Origin: Nitrospinaceae bacterium
Lineage (GTDB): Bacteria > Nitrospinota > Nitrospinia > Nitrospinales > Nitrospinaceae
Assembly: GCA_965223665.1 (NCBI GenBank)
Contig: OZ245011.1
Coordinates: 928,001 to 992,000, forward strand
Direction of reading: 5' to 3'
DNA length: 64,000 nucleotides
Part shown: positions 61,063 through 64,000 of the stretch, one piece after another
Layout of the letters: each line of letters starts with the position of its first letter
Numbering within the stretch: the stretch's first letter is position 1
Made by a program: the position numbers and the translations under genes
Notes under the pieces: generated by a model
What the model saw: only the letters and a program-made list of their open reading frames with translations
The model's database searches: none
What the model was told of the DNA's origin: nothing

Positions 61063-62426
61063 TGGAATTAGGAACGACACTCATTTTGGTTTTTGTCTTC
61101 ATATTGATGGAGGCATTTTTTTCTGGGTGTGAAATTGGAATGATCGGAGTGAACCGCTTTAAAATGGATCAACTCGCTGCAGAAGGAAAAAATTCTGCAA
61201 AGTTAATTTTAAATCTTTTAAAAGATCCAGAAAAACTTTTTACAACCACCTCTCTTGGGACAAATTTAGCAGTTGTAAGTTCCACTGCGGTTTTTACAGG
61301 ATACATGGTGGGACATTTTGGAAAATGGGGAGACCTGGTTTCTATGCTCATCATCTCACCCTTTATTCTCTTTGGTGGTGAGATTATTCCGAAAATTATT
61401 TTTCAAAATCGTGCTGATTCCATAATGTTGACGTTAGTCCACCCCTTAAACTTTTTTTGTAAAACTCTTTCCCCATTAATTTCTTTTTTTACAGCAATTT
61501 CTAATTTTATCCGTAAAAAAGTTTTTAGAGAGACCGATCCTTCTAGTGCACCTGCCTTAAGTCGAGAGCTAATTCGCTTTATCACCAAGCCTGAATCTGA
61601 AACTTCTGAATTGGATGATGAAGAAAAGGAAATGATCTCTAAAATTTTTCATTTTGGAGAACTCTCCGTTGAACAGTTTATGGTTCCGCTTGTCCAAATA
61701 TATGCGATAAGCGATACTGCAACAATTATCGAAGCAAATAAAATTAGCAATGATTCAGGTTACTCTCGTTTACCTGTATTCCATGAACGCATGTTTAACC
61801 TTATAGGAATATTAAACACTTTCGATTTACTAAATGTTCCAGAGGATGAAACGCCTATCACTGATCTAATCCGACCAGCTTATTACGTTCCCCCCAATAA
61901 AAAACTGGATGATTTATTAAAAGAACTTCAACAAAGAGGACTTCATATGGCAGTGGTGGTAGATGAATATGGTGGATGTATCGGTATTATTACTGTTGAG
62001 GATCTTTTAGAACAAATTGTGGGTGAAATCGAAGATGAATACGATAAACCTGAAAAAGGTTATGAAACCTATGATGAGGGTTACTTAATTGACGGAGACA
62101 CGGAAGTTTCCACTCTTAATGAAGAACTGGGCTTAGAACTTCCAACAGGAGATTATGATACTGTTGCAGGACTAATGATTTGTGAATTAGAAAAAATACC
62201 GGGTGCCGGAGAACAGGTCACCCTCAATGGATTTCGCCTTACGGTAAAAGACGCCAGTAAACGAAAAATAAATACTGTGATATTAAGAAAAATTCTTTCT
62301 GATCAAAATGAAGAAGAGACGGAAAACGGAAAACCATCCTCTCAAACTCCGATAGAAAAATTAAACGGAAACGGTAATCTTTTAAATAAACCCGAGGACA
62401 AACCTGCCGAACAAGCTCCTTCTTAA
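61062..62426 (+). CDS. CNNM/CorC-HlyC family protein (second, tandem paralog)
   Basis: [50 protein letters not shown] coupling. Confidence 0.9.
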   Translation: MELGTTLILVFVFILMEAFFSGCEIGMIGVNRFKMDQLAAEGKNSAKLILNLLKDPEKLFTTTSLGTNLAVVSSTAVFTGYMVGHFGKWGDLVSMLIISPFILFGGEIIPKIIFQNRADSIMLTLVHPLNFFCKTLSPLISFFTAISNFIRKKVFRETDPSSAPALSRELIRFITKPESETSELDDEEKEMISKIFHFGELSVEQFMVPLVQIYAISDTATIIEANKISNDSGYSRLPVFHERMFNLIGILNTFDLLNVPEDETPITDLIRPAYYVPPNKKLDDLLKELQQRGLHMAVVVDEYGGCIGIITVEDLLEQIVGEIEDEYDKPEKGYETYDEGYLIDGDTEVSTLNEELGLELPTGDYDTVAGLMICELEKIPGAGEQVTLNGFRLTVKDASKRKINTVILRKILSDQNEEETENGKPSSQTPIEKLNGNGNLLNKPEDKPAEQAPS

Positions 62427-62452
62427 ATAATTAAATTATTGTCAATCTATTT

Positions 62453-63175
62453 TTAGAGAGAGTGGATTTTTCCTAATTCTTGATAAGCTTCTTGAATTTG
62501 CAAAAATTTAATATGTGCTTCTTCTGCCATGTCTTGCCCTAAGTGAGAGACTTTGTCGGGATGATATTGAGCCGCTAGTTTCCAATAGGCTTTTTTAATA
62601 TCAGCAGCGGGAGAATTAGCAGAGATTCCCAAAATAGAATATGGGGTGGACAATTGGTTCAAAGAGTATCTCTCGCGAATTCTATCGTGGTCTTCAATAG
62701 AAATGTTTAATAATCTGGCCACCTCATTTATTCTTTCTTGCAGATCATTATCTAAAGAATTTTCTACCAATATAATCTGATAGACCAAAGCAAGTAATAA
62801 AGAACGATATCGATGGTGAGAAGAGGATTTATATTTTTCTATAACAGGTTGAAGGGGTGGGTTAGCTTTTAGAGTTTCACGAATAACATGATTTATGGAT
62901 TCCAAATCTTTAGCTGAATAGTTTAAATTATTTGTAAAAAACCTATAAATAACCTCCACTTCACCTGCTGTGATTTGACTTTTTAAATTCGCAAATTGAG
63001 TTAATACCACCACAATGCAGGTGCCGAATACGGATTCGTTTTCTATGCCAGGTAAACCCTTTCTAATTAAGTTTCTGACTTTTTTAGTAGCAAAATGCTG
63101 GGCAGCACCTCCCACAATTGCTCCAAAGGGTCCTCCACGCAAAAATCCTAAACCTGCACCCAGTAACCAAGACAT
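62453..63175 (-). CDS. djlA: DjlA-like co-chaperone (TerB-like plus J domain)
   Basis: GAGLGFLRGGPFGAIVG membrane anchor; C-terminal PYSILG..IKKAY..YHPDKV J domain. Confidence 0.75.
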   Translation of the reverse strand: MSWLLGAGLGFLRGGPFGAIVGGAAQHFATKKVRNLIRKGLPGIENESVFGTCIVVVLTQFANLKSQITAGEVEVIYRFFTNNLNYSAKDLESINHVIRETLKANPPLQPVIEKYKSSSHHRYRSLLLALVYQIILVENSLDNDLQERINEVARLLNISIEDHDRIRERYSLNQLSTPYSILGISANSPAADIKKAYWKLAAQYHPDKVSHLGQDMAEEAHIKFLQIQEAYQELGKIHSL

Positions 63176-63311
63176 AAGTAGGCTAAATCCTTAAAATTTA
63201 ATACTCAATTTGTAAATAATATACCATAGACTTCTATAAAAAAAATTTGAAGAATTTGTTGAAATTTGGGTTGAGAAAATATACTCTTTTACCCATTTTC
63301 GGTCCAACGAA

Positions 63312-63611
63312 ATGGGGGACAAAATGATTAAACATATAGTTATGTTTAAATTAGCACAAAATACATCGGAGAATATCAATACAATCGTTTCGGCTTTACG
63401 GGGAATGGAAGGACGGATTGAAACTTTGAAGCATATTGAAGTTGGTGTCAATATCCGCGAATCTGACCGGTCTTTCGATGTTGTTCTTACCACCCATTTC
63501 GAAGACCAAAAGGGATTAGATATTTATATAAATCATGATGTTCATAAACCTGTAGTGGAAACTGTCCGAAGCCTATGTCAAAAGTCAGTAGTTGTTGATT
63601 ATGAAATTTAA
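63312..63611 (+). CDS. Dabb-family stress-responsive A/B barrel protein
   Basis: MIKHIVMFKL, VGVN, FDVVL..F, Y..H..H, VVVDYE. Confidence 0.88.
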   Translation: MGDKMIKHIVMFKLAQNTSENINTIVSALRGMEGRIETLKHIEVGVNIRESDRSFDVVLTTHFEDQKGLDIYINHDVHKPVVETVRSLCQKSVVVDYEI

Positions 63612-63863
63612 TTTAAAAGGTAAGTTGACAAAGTCCAACTAAAGTTTTGAATCCTATAGGCTGGGTTTGATATTGTGCTATAATCCCTCTAGTGTTAATC
63701 TAATAAGCACTTTATTTTTAACTATTTACTAGAAAGTTTAAATAAGCTAGAATTAACCGCTGGTTTTTTAGAGTAAGCTTGTTTTCTTTATTTTAACCCT
63801 GACCATTCATTTGGTTTTTCGAATACTGGATTATACCTTTCCATCCAAACAGGAGATTCAGTA

Positions 63864-64000
63864 GTGCCACCAAAAAAGAAAACTTCAAAAAAGAAGAAAA
63901 AGTCTGTTAAAGAAAAAGCTATCACCAAGAAAAAATCCTCATCTAAAGCGAAAGCTCGGTTAAAAGCTAATACTACTGCTAAAGGTAAAAAGAAAGTGAC
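63864..64000 (+). CDS. 5' end of a Lys-rich ORF running off the window (not in the ORF track)
   Basis: AGGAGA at 63851, GTG at 63864, open frame MPPKKKTSKKKKKSVKEKAITKKKSSSKAKARLKANTTAKGKKKV. Confidence 0.6.
   Translation, partial: MPPKKKTSKKKKKSVKEKAITKKKSSSKAKARLKANTTAKGKKKV

Noticed and set aside
1-64000. tRNA, rRNA, CRISPR, IS, prophage or defence systems
   Set aside because: No such signatures seen by eye; the sirtuin looks like a stand-alone zinc-binding CobB type rather than a defence SIR2. Small ncRNAs cannot be excluded without an Rfam search.

Overview
AT-rich bacterial chromosome segment, densely coding, with no rRNA, tRNA, CRISPR array or transposase that I can see. The gene families (many periplasmic c-type cytochromes, a cytochrome c/EB_dh fusion, DUF1566, giant multicopper oxidases) suggest a Nitrospinota-like nitrite oxidizer; this is inference, since no marker gene is present. 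The flanks (1-26 kb, 51-64 kb) are mostly housekeeping: wcaJ-like, GT4, cpoB-like, iscS, cysE, scpA, rsmE, htpX, serB, rarA, argS, mscL/mscS, UDG, moxR, cysH, sirtuin, selO, thiL, two CNNM genes and djlA-like. The notable part is a ~25 kb copper/heme periplasmic redox locus (26-51 kb). It holds two near-identical ~1640-aa six-domain MnxG-like multicopper oxidases (4785-bp repeat, constant offset 7606 bp, mosaic identity) and three secreted type-1-copper cupredoxin-like paralogs, with a fourth TPR-fused copy at 16.7 kb. It also holds two triheme c cytochromes, an ECF sigma factor, a ferritin-like protein, DegP, and a divergent TlpA/beta-barrel/ABC/LolA-like operon. An ECF-type promoter motif (GGAAT-N17/18-NTC[T/A]) recurs upstream of four genes of this system, including the distant paralog, which suggests one regulon. 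All calls come from reading motifs by eye; no database searches were run.
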